Below are positions 23,618 through 35,678 of a DNA stretch of 64,000 bases, piece by piece. Source of the stretch: Minutocellus sp. GHC0000111 (taxonomy: Eukaryota). The stretch covers positions 496,001-560,000 of the forward strand of contig OZ361258.1 of NCBI GenBank assembly GCA_977018835.1, written 5' to 3'. Position numbers and translations under genes: made by a program. Below the pieces are notes generated by a model. That model saw only the letters and a program-made list of their open reading frames with translations, did not search any database and had not been told where the DNA came from. How positions within the stretch are numbered: the stretch's first letter is position 1; every line of letters begins with the position of its first letter.

Positions 23618-23815
23618 TACTCCCCTTTCTTCTTTCCTTTCTAACTTTTTACTTTTCACTTATTATCGTACATGGTCCCGAATTTTCGACGGAAAGACTT
23701 GTCCCGATTATACGACCAGCCCCTTAACATGACGACCACATTCGTTGCCTCCGCCGGTGTTGCCTGTGTTGTCTGCTTCTTCTCCTCTTGAGCCACAACT
23801 AATACGCCACTAATC

Positions 23816-24094
23816 ATGGGAGGACATCACCACGCCAACCCAGAAGCCGAGCCTCGCCGCAACCAGGACGTGCAGTCCCTGGCCGACGCCAAGGTCCCCC
23901 TCGCCTTCCGCGACACCTGCGGACACATGCTGGTACCGCTCAACAAGTGCCGTCGGACGACGTGGTGGAATCCCAACCAGTGCGGTCACGAGCGTCACAC
24001 GTACGAGGAGTGCCTGTACAATTCCTATCTGCAGAGATGTGAGGCCAAGGTCCAGACCGACAAGGTTCTGGCCGCCCAGGCCAAGGAGGAATAA
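23816..24094 (+). CDS. NDUFB7: Mitochondrial complex I subunit B18
   Basis: KVPLAFRDTCGHMLVPLNKCRR..CGHERHTYEEC, a twin CX9C-type motif. Confidence 0.92.
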   Translation: MGGHHHANPEAEPRRNQDVQSLADAKVPLAFRDTCGHMLVPLNKCRRTTWWNPNQCGHERHTYEECLYNSYLQRCEAKVQTDKVLAAQAKEE

Positions 24095-24640
24095 ATTGGT
24101 TGTAAAAAGGGGGAGATTTATGTGTCGGACGTATTGGAACGAAGGATGTGTCGGAAGGCTTCGGAATGGGCAAAACACTTCGGAGAATACTGAATAAGCC
24201 CGATAGAATAATGCGTTGGATATTTGGATTGCAATGGACGGTTGAAAATATTTGATCGGAGATTATTCGCCGACAAGCTTCTGGTGTCGGAGGGAGCGGA
24301 AGTCTGTAAATTTGGTCGGGCTCGGGGCTCGGCGCTTGGACCGATGTCGATCTTATGGAACGAGTTATGTTCCTATGGAGTGAAACCTGCCTGTCGAAAC
24401 GCTAACCATTTTACTTTAAGGTGGTCAGAATTGTACAATTACAAGGCATAGTATTGTGTATGTATCTTTTCATTCTTTTCCCTCCCAGTCGCTTGTCGGG
24501 GCTCCAGCATCAATTCTCATGTAACAAGACACATACATGCGTCTGGCACCACAGATTCACAGACATATTACCATATGTATGCGATTCAGTTTTGGTCAAC
24601 AGGTAACTTATTATGTATTTCTTTAGAGTATGTCATCTGA

Positions 24641-26164
24641 CTAACCTCGCGTCCTCTTCCGGGTGGACTTGCGGCTCGACGCCCTCCCCCCGGTGGCCGG
24701 AGCCGGAGCCGGGGCTGGGGTGGCAGCTTCGGCCTTGGCGTCGGAGGCGGCAGGACCTGAGGCAGCAGCTGCTGGAGTCTTTGACGTTGGCGCTGCAAAA
24801 ACCGCGGCATCCTCCATCTCCACATCTTGAGTTTCGGCAGCTGCAGTAGCAGCTGGAGCAGCTTCGCCTTTGGTCGACGGTGGGGGAGTGCTACTACTGG
24901 CAGCCGCTGTCGACGACGACGATGCACCGCCGCCGGGGACCAACCCCTTGGGAACGGCCGCCGGACCCACGGGCCGAGTGGTCACGGCCGTCGCTGCTGA
25001 TGCTGATGCTGCTGTACTAGAAGTACTGGCGATGGCGGGGTTGTTGGCGTTACCAGCCTGCGCAGGAGTATTCAGCTGACCCTTGACAACGACGTTGACG
25101 TTGACCTTGGGACCCTGCGGGGTCGGGAGGATAGGTGGACCGCGGATGCTACTAGAGGTAGCGGTGGAAGACGCTGGGGTCGCTGCCGATGCGGCATCGG
25201 CTGCAGATCTGGAGGACGCTGGGGTACCAGCGACGGCGGCTCCAGCAGCCCTGCCCGGAGATCGGGCCGCGGCACCACCGGCACCGGCACCAACAACACC
25301 GGCCGAAACGGGGGAGGCAACACCCGCCACCAACAAACTGGGCCGCGCGGCACCGCCCACCAATTTCTTCCCCTGCCGGCCACGTCCGGCACCCCCCACG
25401 GCAAAGGTTGGGCAGCTCCCGCTGAACCAACGGTTGTCCAGCGGCATCCTCCGCGATGGTCCGGTACCACCGCCTCCACCGCTTCCACCCCCCATGCCCC
25501 CAAATCCACTTCCACCGCCAAAGTTGTGATCCTCCCCGATAAAGTCGCTCTCGCCGGCCCCGACGTCCTCGCTGCGGGCGTCCAGTATGGCATCCCATCC
25601 CTTGTAGAGATTGCCCCGCGCGTCGGTGTCGGCGTGGTACAATTCCTCTCCGCGGTGGAGCTGGCGTTGGATCAGGTCGAGGGCTGCGTGCGTGCGGTTG
25701 AGGAGGGTTGATAGCTGTGGAGTAGTAAAGCTGCTGCTGGATCTTGACGCAGAGGAGTCGACGGCAAAGGCCTGGGCGTCGACGATTCCGCGGAGCAGAT
25801 CCGCCGCGCCGCTGGAAGCTGAAGCTGCTGCGGCGGATGTGGAGTCGTCGTCCGATACGGTCGGAATGGCTGCCTGCTCTTCATTTGGGCCACCTTGCGC
25901 CGCTGCACCCACTACACCCTCTTCTCCTGCGGCAACTCCACCCTCTCCTTCTCCTGTCGCATCCGCAGCCAATCGGCGGCGCTTGTTCCGCAATATCAAC
26001 GGCAGGACCTTGCCCGACGGTCGGTTGCCTCGTCCACCGTGCAGCGAGGGGTCGAGGCCGAAGAGGGCGTCGAATTCGGCGGTGGGAAAATCCTCCAGCT
26101 TGGACCGGGTGGCGCTGATGATGGAGGAGGTTGATGAGGAGGGTGGTGGAGCGTGGGAGGACAT
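24641..26164 (-). CDS. EAF6: NuA4 histone acetyltransferase subunit Eaf6-like protein with a long Ala-rich tail
   Basis: IQRQLHRGEELY..GNLYKGWD..RWFSGS matches the Eaf6 core. Confidence 0.75.
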   Translation of the reverse strand: MSSHAPPPSSSTSSIISATRSKLEDFPTAEFDALFGLDPSLHGGRGNRPSGKVLPLILRNKRRRLAADATGEGEGGVAAGEEGVVGAAAQGGPNEEQAAIPTVSDDDSTSAAAASASSGAADLLRGIVDAQAFAVDSSASRSSSSFTTPQLSTLLNRTHAALDLIQRQLHRGEELYHADTDARGNLYKGWDAILDARSEDVGAGESDFIGEDHNFGGGSGFGGMGGGSGGGGGTGPSRRMPLDNRWFSGSCPTFAVGGAGRGRQGKKLVGGAARPSLLVAGVASPVSAGVVGAGAGGAAARSPGRAAGAAVAGTPASSRSAADAASAATPASSTATSSSIRGPPILPTPQGPKVNVNVVVKGQLNTPAQAGNANNPAIASTSSTAASASAATAVTTRPVGPAAVPKGLVPGGGASSSSTAAASSSTPPPSTKGEAAPAATAAAETQDVEMEDAAVFAAPTSKTPAAAASGPAASDAKAEAATPAPAPAPATGGRASSRKSTRKRTRG

Positions 26165-26561
26165 GGTGTCCGGTTGGTGAGAGGCAGTGGTGTGGCGTCG
26201 AGTCAAGCGGAAGGAGCGAGCAACGGCGGCCTGCCTACCAGTCAGCCAAAAAGTGAGCTCATCTTGTGCTGTTTTTTTGAAGTGGTTTGCCTGCAGACCT
26301 TTCGTCGCGCGACGCAAAACTGGGAAAAAACGCAACGACGGACAGGGCCGTCATGGCGGCAGATTTTCGTATCATTTCCGGGCGCGAGACGCGCTGCTTG
26401 CCGCCTAGCTTGCGCTACCGCTACCGCTCGCTCGCCTCGGATACGTGCTGGGCTGTCCAGCTGAGGAGGAGTCGGGTCGCTTGCCTGGCAGGCTCAGATC
26501 TCTGCAAAGTTAAGTTCCAGCCAGCCGATCAATAATATATCATCCATACATTGACCCCACC

Positions 26562-29500
26562 ATGTCTTCCACTGCTGCCAATTCCTCCCCCTCCCGGCGG
26601 GCCCGCCAACACCATCGCCATGCGCATCTCACCACGGGCCAGCTCCGGGGGTGCGTGTCGCGTCTCCTAACGCAGTTCAAGGGGGCGTGCTCCCGCCCTT
26701 TGCTGAAGGAGGTGGCACTTTGCACGGAGGAGATGCGACGGGAGAAGTCGGAGTCGTTCGGTGCTTCTCCAGTCGAGGCCGGTGATGGAAGTCAGAGCGC
26801 AGGACCAGACTCGTCGTGGGCCGAGGTGAGTGCATTGCCTGGCAGTTACATAGTTTGAATAGGAAGTAATGGGATTCTTCCATTGTGTATGCATTTCCTC
26901 ACACATGCGTATGTGCTGCTTTGCCCATCCTTTATGCCTTCGCAAATAATATTCGTCGTCATTACCAGCTCCTCCACCAAGCCTCGGAAATGACTCCGTT
27001 CATGACGGCCGAGGAGCATGGCATAGCCACCAAGTATGCCACCATTTATCTGCTCGGATATCTCTTGCCTAGCAAGACCGGCAATCGGCAGCTGTACGGT
27101 GCAGCGGCTGCTTCCTTGGCTGCTGTGGAGGCCGATAAGGAGTCGCAACAGCGCAAGAGGATGAGAACAATGGCGACGAATCAGGCTGGTGCTGACGGAT
27201 CTGGGGCCGCATCTGCCACAGCTACCATGGGGACAGCATCAGTATTTTCAAGCGAGGCTATTCTCAATCTATCTTTGGAGGAATTGCTGGAAACATGTGT
27301 CACGACGTATACCAATCCCTCCTCGACTCATGCCGCCGGTGGATGCTGCACAGACGAACGGTTGACGGCATCCTTCCATCGATTCATCAGCTATGGTCTC
27401 GGGGCATTCCTATCGTCTCGAGCAGCGCATTCCGACATTGTGGATTTAGTGCATGTGCTCAGTATGGCAGTATCACCCGCGGTAGTACCACCATCGGCAC
27501 AGACCAAGGGAGGGAGTTCCGATGCCAGGGAACCAAAAGAGGATTGGATGACAAGTTCCCCGTCGTATCAGAGAGCTGCACGGCTTATGCAGTGCCCACA
27601 GGCGCATTCTTTTCAGCTGACCTATGCAGACCGAGTACAACTGGTCCAAATGGTGGCAACGTGCTTTGTTGCGCCGGGTGCTGAATCGTTGGTGGCGAAC
27701 GATGTGGGAGAAGAGGGGGGAGATGAGGTGGAAGTGGCCTCGGGAACTGGAACCGATGATCAGGCTGCCACCGACGGTCAAGATTCGCCCATCATCGACG
27801 GTGCGCTTGTTCATCTTCGATTGGCATTGCACTTATTTATCGTTGGGGCATTGTCAGTGTGTGATGCAAGTATGGCTCGCCAGGCGCTGGGAAATATCGC
27901 TATCACGTCGGGCCACGTGCCCTTTGTCGAGGATACGGCCAAGAACCTCGTCGATATATTGACAGATTGTCGCAATGTTTGTCGGTGCACGGAACGGAGT
28001 GCCAATGGGAGTAACAAGTCGGCGTGCCCATATGCTTCGAGTGGCGACATTCTCCGCGATTTGATTCTCCGGCATAATGGCTCTCGGCACTACGCTGATG
28101 AAGCTTTCAGAAGCCAAGCCCTCATCCTTGTGTCTGGTGGGCTGGATCGCTTAACGAAGAGTATGTTAAAGGCCGAGAATGGAAAGGGCGGGCTATATGC
28201 TGCAAGTATCTGCCAAATTTGTTCTCTATTGGGAGCAACAAGAGCCTTGATTTACTTTTTGGATGCACCCAAGTCGCAGGGCGAATCTGGTTCAGCTGGT
28301 GGTGACGATCCGGGTACAATAGAAGCGATGGAGACAGATGATGCCATAACTCCGGGGCCAAAGCAAGGAGATGAAGATGAGGCCAGGGATATCCTACTGA
28401 GAAACACTGTTCTACTACTCGACCATCCAGATTTGGCCATTGTTCGAGAAGCGGCGTCCCTACTTTCTCCGGCATTTGCATACTTTGGCTTGGATTGCTC
28501 GAGATCATACGCCAGTGGAATCCTTTCTGCCATTCGCTGTTGTTTCAAGCGACCTTCAAACGGATCAGACGGGGGCAAAGAGACTGGCAGAAATGTTTGC
28601 AAGAAGCGAATGATCGCCCTTCAAGGAGTTATTTCTGTTCTCTCGAGACAATCTCCGTCCTTTGCCAACACCATCATGTCCAACATTTTCAATGAGGAAA
28701 CAACGCCGGGGGAACCCATCTTGTATTTGGCGTCATCGATTGCACTCTCTCAGCCCCGGATCGTTGCCAAGTACCTCGAGTACCTTTACTTGGCAGTGGA
28801 AGAAAACTCCAACCAAGAAAAACATTTGACCGCAATATACATGTCCTGCCGATTGGCGCACTACTTCGCATCGGAAGATCGGGTCAAGAGCCTTCGTCAA
28901 CGCATAAAATCTCAACTCGAGGATGTGACTGACTCGTGGACCTTGTTCCAGCTTGCCCGGCATGCCTTTTGCACCGCCAACTTTGGCATTGCGGAAGAAC
29001 TAATCGCAAGCAACCTTCTCACAAGAGCAGCAAGTGAGCAGACTCACTTGTTTTACGTCGCTACCAAGCTACTCGCCCAAGCCGAGCACGTCATATCAGA
29101 AAAAGGCACGATCGTGACCCCGCAAGTCCTACCATCACTTCAGTCCGCCAAGAGTCAACTACGCTCACTCCAACGACTTGCTACTAGATCTGACTTTTCA
29201 TTCCAGGTTGAAATAGTTGCGTGCAGAATAGATTTTCTAAATCTATGCGTGACTCTCCGGGGTCTTTGTGGGGAAATGCGCCTTTTCAACTCTGGTCCTG
29301 GACGTCTAACGAGAACGAGGCTCCATCAGCGCAACATGATGCATTGTTTCTACCTATTGGCCTCGAGATATGCGAGAATATACCGTCGATATGGCCTCTT
29401 CCATTGCCAGCAGACTCGCACCTCGCTCAGGACTCTATCTTCGTTGTGTCGATTTTTAGCCCGAGCCTCAGCAAAAACTTTCGTCGAATCCTTGCATGGC

Positions 29501-30268
29501 CATAAGAGTCATATTCACGAGTTTCATGAAACCGATGGAGCATTGTGGCCAGAGGGAGATGTCTCCCACCCAATCACACGGATGATATCCAAGTTCTCAA
29601 ATTCTGTCCTTTGGTCCATGGATGAGAATGTAGAGCCCAAAGTAAGAGCGGCTGCCATGATGGAGATGCTTGATCCCATCCTCATGTGCCCGCTTCCATC
29701 GCCGCGAGGATACTTCACGCCAAAGCAGAGGCCTTCTACGACGCTGCGGCTGAGCGGTGATCCAGAGGATACATTGCAAGATAACGACATTGATGTTTCT
29801 CAACCAGAGACATGTTTTGAGGCTGAGGTCGTCGAGGTTCCACCCGGAGAGCCGATCACACTGTATGCCACTGGGAAGATATCGCAGAACCTTCGTTCCG
29901 CGGCTACCTTGCCCTTTTCTCAAGTCGTTGCGTGGCATAAAATCTCCTACGACGGGCCCAGTATCACCGAGGACGAAGTGTATGGCGAAGAGGGCCAAGG
30001 CACTGAGCCTTCTTTCGACGAGAGCATCGTTGCTGGTACGGAAGATGGCGAAATATTAACGGAGGCCCTGCACTCTGCGCCAGTACGGTCTGATGGCAAA
30101 TATTCTCTCCCTGTGGTGCTCGATCCAATTACCAAACAGGGATACTACATGGTGAAATTGACGATCGGGTGCAGAGATGCTCGGTGCGGAGAATTTGAAG
30201 TCCCGATCGATGGTGGCGACACCATCGCCGTTTGTGTGACCTCGCAGGCATTCGACGATGAAGCATGA
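26562..30268 (+). CDS. INTS7: Integrator complex subunit 7-like; intron 26826-26969
   Basis: WTLFQLARHAF..LLTRAASEQTHLF..AQAE and PLPSPRGYF resemble INTS7. A GTGAG..CAG intron joins exon 26562-26825. Confidence 0.65.
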
Positions 30269-30620
30269 AGCGAGAGCTCACAATAAAAGCTAAGTGGTCA
30301 CTTGACTAAAAGTCATTTCTTGCTATTACTTGATGAATTGTTTATGTATAGACTAGTGTTTGGCCCGTCATCGCCTTGCTCCGACAGATCAGAGATAGAA
30401 GGGAATCTACATTTCACTGGGCTCCACTGCCCTGCGGCGCTCCGCCAGAGCTCGCTTACGCTCGCTGCTGAATGAGTGATCAGCCCTATCAAAATAATAA
30501 TTGATATTGACACCGAATGAGATAAGGCATCACAATCACAAATAATATGTGTGCTGAGACACAGCAGAACCTCTAGCTTTCAACGCGTTAAAGCCTCCGG
30601 ACAGTATATGCAATCGATCA

Positions 30621-33010
30621 TTATTCCTCCATCTCGTTGTCTTCTAGGCGATTTCTCTTGAGACCACGACGAGTTATTGGATTTACAAGGTCGTCACCGT
30701 CTTCGCTTCCGCTGTGCTCTTCCCGCTGAAAGTGAAGAGAGTTTTGTACTTGGGGGTACATGGCGCTTCCAGGCGATGTTGCAAAACGTTGTAGCATCTC
30801 ACGACAGCCATTCAGAGGACCAAGTTTGCGAGTTGATTTTTCCAGAAACCTAGAATTTTTTGCAGATACAATTTTCAAGGCATTTGATAAAGTTCTCTCC
30901 TCTTCGTTCATCAGACGACAAAGTTCATCATTGATTTTCTGGATTGATAATGCTGCTTTTCTATCAGCTTTTTTCGTAAGAAGGGTGACGTGTCAAAGCC
31001 GTTGGCTAGCAGTTTCGATTTTCCTGTTTATCGGTGGGAAAAGATAGGAGGAAGATATGGTTAGCAGATCAATAACTAGTACTTCGATACGTCGGCGGTG
31101 ACACAAAGCTTATCACCATTGCTTACCATTGAAGGTAGCTCTCCCCAGCGCCTGAGTGACTGTTGAACCATTGTGAAACTCGCCAAGTGAGACAATGGCA
31201 TGTGTCGGCACACGATCGGAAGATCTGTAGCTATTACTGCGGAACATTTTATGAAATCCAAAGGCAAATATCGGGACTTCGGGGCCTACAGAAGTGTGTA
31301 TGAATTGGATCGCCTTCCCCAACATTGTATCTTCGCTGCCGTCTGAATTGCCAATAAGATTATTCAGATCCTTTTCCTTTATCCAAGGCTCCCCTGTAGA
31401 CAGCTTCACCTCGAGACCCATACCTCCGGAATTTGTAAAGACTGCCACATGCTTCTTGAGAACAGAACGGGCATAAAGCTGGACGCGTTCGGCCTTTATT
31501 TTCACGTTGATTTCTTCCTTCTTCACTAAGTGCATGGTGCAATCAAGAAGTAGAACTCCTCTACCTTTACTAGCAATGGCAAAGGCATAAAAATCTCGAA
31601 GGTTCTCGCTACAAGAGGGGATTCGATACTCCTCACCCTCGATAGAAAAGTTGAAGATACGCTTTGACTTAAGCTCATCGTCTTCCAGATAGACTGGTCT
31701 ACCATCAAGCCGGAATGGCTTCATGTCGGCCAAGCCTACATAGTCATCGTTTGGCGTGATATCGAAGAGAACAACTGGAATTCCATCGACTAATTCTTCA
31801 TTTGCCAAATGGATGAGGGCGGGAAGTGGAGTCGCAGAAACAAGCACATGAGCACACGGTCTGAGCCGCACTAAGTCATCGTAGGCACGTTCGAAGGCTT
31901 GGGTGTGGTCTTCTGTCCTAAACATAGCGTCGCATTCGTCTGTAAACAAAAGGAACTTTTTGCATGGGATTCCTCTGCGATACTCGGTCAACGCCTTGGC
32001 GACTTTGTCCACTTGTCCAGAAGTATCAGCAATGACAATGGCACGTCCATTACGCAGAGGACGAACAAAAGTTTCGTTGGGTATCTGACGTATATTTTCG
32101 GTATCGGGAAACTTGGAAACGACTGGTTCGTTGTTCGAATTTTCGTCCTCGTTGAGCAAACCCTCGGTGTACGCGGTGAGCTTCCTAGTAAGATCATCAC
32201 GCTCAGCATTTCCTTTTGTTATGACGATGAGAGGATAACCTAAGAGCACAGAGGTAACAATGAGGATGGCCTTTACGCCTGACTTTCCCACTGATACGGG
32301 TAGAGATGGTAGACAATCAAGGCGGGGCGTCAATACATGTCATCAATGGATACAATACTACATAGCCAGAAAGCGGGGAGCATGATCAGGAGTCAAATCT
32401 CACCTTGAGTCCTCCCCATAATTACAATCTTCTTCAATGTTTCGGCCGCGGCCATGTCCGACTGTGATCTAATGCACCGTGCAATGAGATTTACAAACTT
32501 TTCAGTGTCAATGATACCACTGAGAGTCTTGATTCGATGTGGAAGTCGTTGCATGATGGTGTCAGTATCCATCTGAATCATTTTCGACATTCCATTCTTC
32601 ATACTCCTTATCTGTGAATGAATATCGGCAGCCCTGGTAATATTGTCGGGTGAGTGACTATTAGCAAGGGAACGGTACTGCGGAATTAGTTGGCGTAACA
32701 TTTCATCCTCCGCTCGCTCGGCCTGGAATGCCTTGAAAGATGGGACTGTGAGACTGGCGAGTACGTCAGGATTGTGCCCGTAACTTTCGCAGAAATGGTC
32801 GTGCCAAGCAATTACGCTCAGGAGTTCATTTCGAGACCAGCCCGGGAGTCCGACAATTTGCCTTTTCTCGATACGTTCCTTGGCGCCGATGAAGTTCACA
32901 TATGAAAGAATGTGCGCTTGAGACAAACTTTTCGTGACTGCTGGAATCTCGGAAAAGTGAAGCACCTCAAGAACCCTGAGGAGGGCGGCATCGAAGGGTG
33001 TCATCGACAT
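30621..33010 (-). CDS. SF2 helicase-like ATPase resembling Z1-domain-associated helicases; introns 32291-32403 and 31024-31126; 1-nt frameshift near 30993
   Basis: Spliced Walker A IVIMGRTQ|VGKS, Walker B LLFTDECD, motif III VSATP, PNDDYVG and motif VI QALGR. Both introns are canonical GT-AG, and the second has a GCTAAC branch site. Confidence 0.7.
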
Positions 33011-33216
33011 GATGTGTAAACGAAGTGGCGCGGGCAAATACAAGCCCAGTAGTAGTTCTGCTCCAGGACAAGGCGACGAATAAGGAATAACAAGAAACGC
33101 GAAAGCGAGCAATACATGTACGGTGTGAGACCAAGCCAATGTCCAATATCCAATATTCCTCGTGAGGCAAACCCAAGAGAGATACAACTACATACATTTG
33201 CTGCGATGCCCCTTCT

Positions 33217-33226
33217 CTTATATAGG
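33217..33226 (-). promoter_or_regulatory. Possible TATA box of the SF2 ATPase gene
   Basis: CCTATATAAG on the minus strand, about 210 nt upstream of ATG 33010. Confidence 0.3.
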
Positions 33227-34391
33227 AGAAGATTCCAATGCAAATATGAGAGCAAATAAAAACACCATTCACAAATTGTTTGGGAGCGATCAAAATATTT
33301 CCCTCCAGGTAGTGCTGACACTCACTTGATTGAATTGTGATCAGAATTCTGGATGCGAAGTACGCTGTCACTCGGAAGTTATCGGATTTTGGTGAGTTCC
33401 TTACGAAATCAATTCGATTGCCGAGTGCTAGGGAAGATATACTTCAATATGGACCATATCTAGGGCATGAATGCATCATGATACCGTGGGAAGCCGGGCC
33501 GCTTGATGGTTCCTTTGCTCGATATGTATCAGTGGTGAATGCGTTGATTGTTTGTTGAGTTGTATTGGTTGCCGAGCGTTGCCGAGAGAGTTGATGTGCA
33601 AGATACTTGGTTTGTGGAAGGATTTGAGAGGTGGGGTTGATACACTGTTGCGTCTTTCAATGTCTAGCACTGGTCTCGACATCTAATACTGGCAACTGTA
33701 ATAATAGAAAAGGATCAATTCGTATGGTGTTTGGTGCTGCGATTGGAGCTTGGTTTGGCGCCAGAGCGAAGTTGCCGCGTGTCGCATGCTGCGGTTGGAA
33801 AGAGAAGGCCGAATTCATTCGGAGGACAGGAAGGGTCGCGACTGTTTTCGTCGGGCATCATCCTCGGTGAATTCAATGCATTTCGAATCCCCGTGGTCGA
33901 TTTCCAATCTGGTTAAATATTCGACGAATGCCAAGTCAAGTAGAATTGCCCGACGGGTGCGAATTTTTACCCTGACACCGGCGTTGGAGGAGATTTGGCT
34001 CGGCAGCTGTGGCGGCACGCGAGATTTCCTGCGAACATGGCAGCAATCTCATTGATTGCGCGAACGATGCCAACTTTGTCATTTAAATTTGTTGGATTCC
34101 CTACAATTTTAAATGCCACATTCGCCGCCGTCCGCCCCCTATGGTTCTGTGGCGGCCGCCTCTCGCTCATCAGGCGGCGCGAGACACAACCGCCAACTTC
34201 TGGCGGTTCTGGGTCATTTTCATTTACAGGGGCAAGAAAACTAAGGGGGGGGGGGTATTCCACATGAGTGGCGTCGGCTACTATTGTGGAATTACGTACC
34301 TAGGTAGCTACGTAGTAACAAAAAATTCAACATTCGAAATTTTTGTTCATTTCAACTCTACGTACGGGGGGCGAAGGGGATAGGAAAATCC

Positions 34392-34431
34392 TTTTTCTCC
34401 TTGAATACCAGAGGGTATTCAAAGAGAAAAA
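34392..34431. repeat. 18-bp inverted repeat with a 4-nt loop
   Basis: tttttctccttgaatacc-agag-ggtattcaaagagaaaaa (one mismatch). Confidence 0.9.
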
Positions 34432-34821
34432 ATCTTGGGCCATTTTCAACTTTCTATGTTGGCACAGGAAATAGAAAATAAAGCTCGAGCACCCCTGTCT
34501 CAACTGATATCTGAATATCAGTTTGGTACAGTTGATAAGTGGCGGGGAAAATCGGCGGCGCGGACGTGGGGCCGTAACAGCGTAGCACTTTTAGCCATTG
34601 TAAAAAAGAGACCGACGACGACCACAGGAGATCTAGTACCGGTACATGCAACGGCAAGCCGAGAGCAAACGTCGAAGTCCGGCAAAATGTTCTCAATATT
34701 AGCTTATTTGAGCCCTTGCCTGAGCTCCCACACCAATGGGGAGAGAGCTTCTCTGGGGCGGGGGAACAATAAATTTAATTTCACATCGAAAGTACGCCAG
34801 TCAAACCCTTACACAGTAAGC

Positions 34822-35322
34822 CTACTTTTTGTCGTCAAATCCATCCAGATACTGCGACTTCTCACCGCTGACCAGCTGCTTGTAGTCATTTTGGAGCACC
34901 TTGATCTGCTTGGCAATGTTGGTAATCTCCTCCCGCTCCTCTTCACTCTCGGGCAGGGTCCCATCCTGTCCCAAGATGACCTCCAGATCGTCATACAACG
35001 TGCATACGCGATCCTCCACCTGCTCAGCCAACATTGCCCTCCGAGTCCGCTCTTCGATAGACATTGCCTTGACAGCATCGGCGCCCTCCAGTGCCGTCTC
35101 CTCAAAGAAGGGCTGCATGGCATGGCCCTGGTCGTTGCCATCATCGGCAGCGGCATTGGCTTCGGGAGTTGATGGCAGGGCCGTGCTGGTGGTAATTATG
35201 TGACGGGTGATACTACTGGTATGGGGCACAACCAAATTTTGCTGCGTCGTGAATGCAGCTGACTGGGATACGCACAATACAGCTGAAATGGCCGCCGCCA
35301 CTCTTCTTTTGGAGGCCGTCAT
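34822..35322 (-). CDS. Small plastid-targeted hypothetical protein
   Basis: Signal peptide ending SAA-FTTQ, a Ser/Thr-rich transit peptide and an acidic helical mature part. Confidence 0.75.
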   Translation of the reverse strand: MTASKRRVAAAISAVLCVSQSAAFTTQQNLVVPHTSSITRHIITTSTALPSTPEANAAADDGNDQGHAMQPFFEETALEGADAVKAMSIEERTRRAMLAEQVEDRVCTLYDDLEVILGQDGTLPESEEEREEITNIAKQIKVLQNDYKQLVSGEKSQYLDGFDDKK

Positions 35323-35678
35323 GGTTCCGATAAGTAGAAAGTTGAAGAATGAGGTGGTTTCGTTGGATTTTGGTTCAAGCGGCGCGGCGAAACGGGCGAA
35401 GGACAGGGAAGCCAAATCTTCCAGCTGCCGCAGCCACCAACCGCGCGCCAAAGCAACAATGATAGCGGAGGGATCACAAAGAAGCGTAGAGCTCCTTCCT
35501 CTCCGCCAGGAAAGGTTCTTGCATTGATCGATCACTGCCGCTGTATCGTGCTATCTGCGTCCTAGTTGTCGTTGGCTGAATCAGGCTCGAAAATCGAAAC
35601 GCATCTCTTGTGCCGACTTTCGTTCTGCCGCCCAAAGTAACCTCATCATATTTCTGCAAAGCTCATTCTACAATAACA

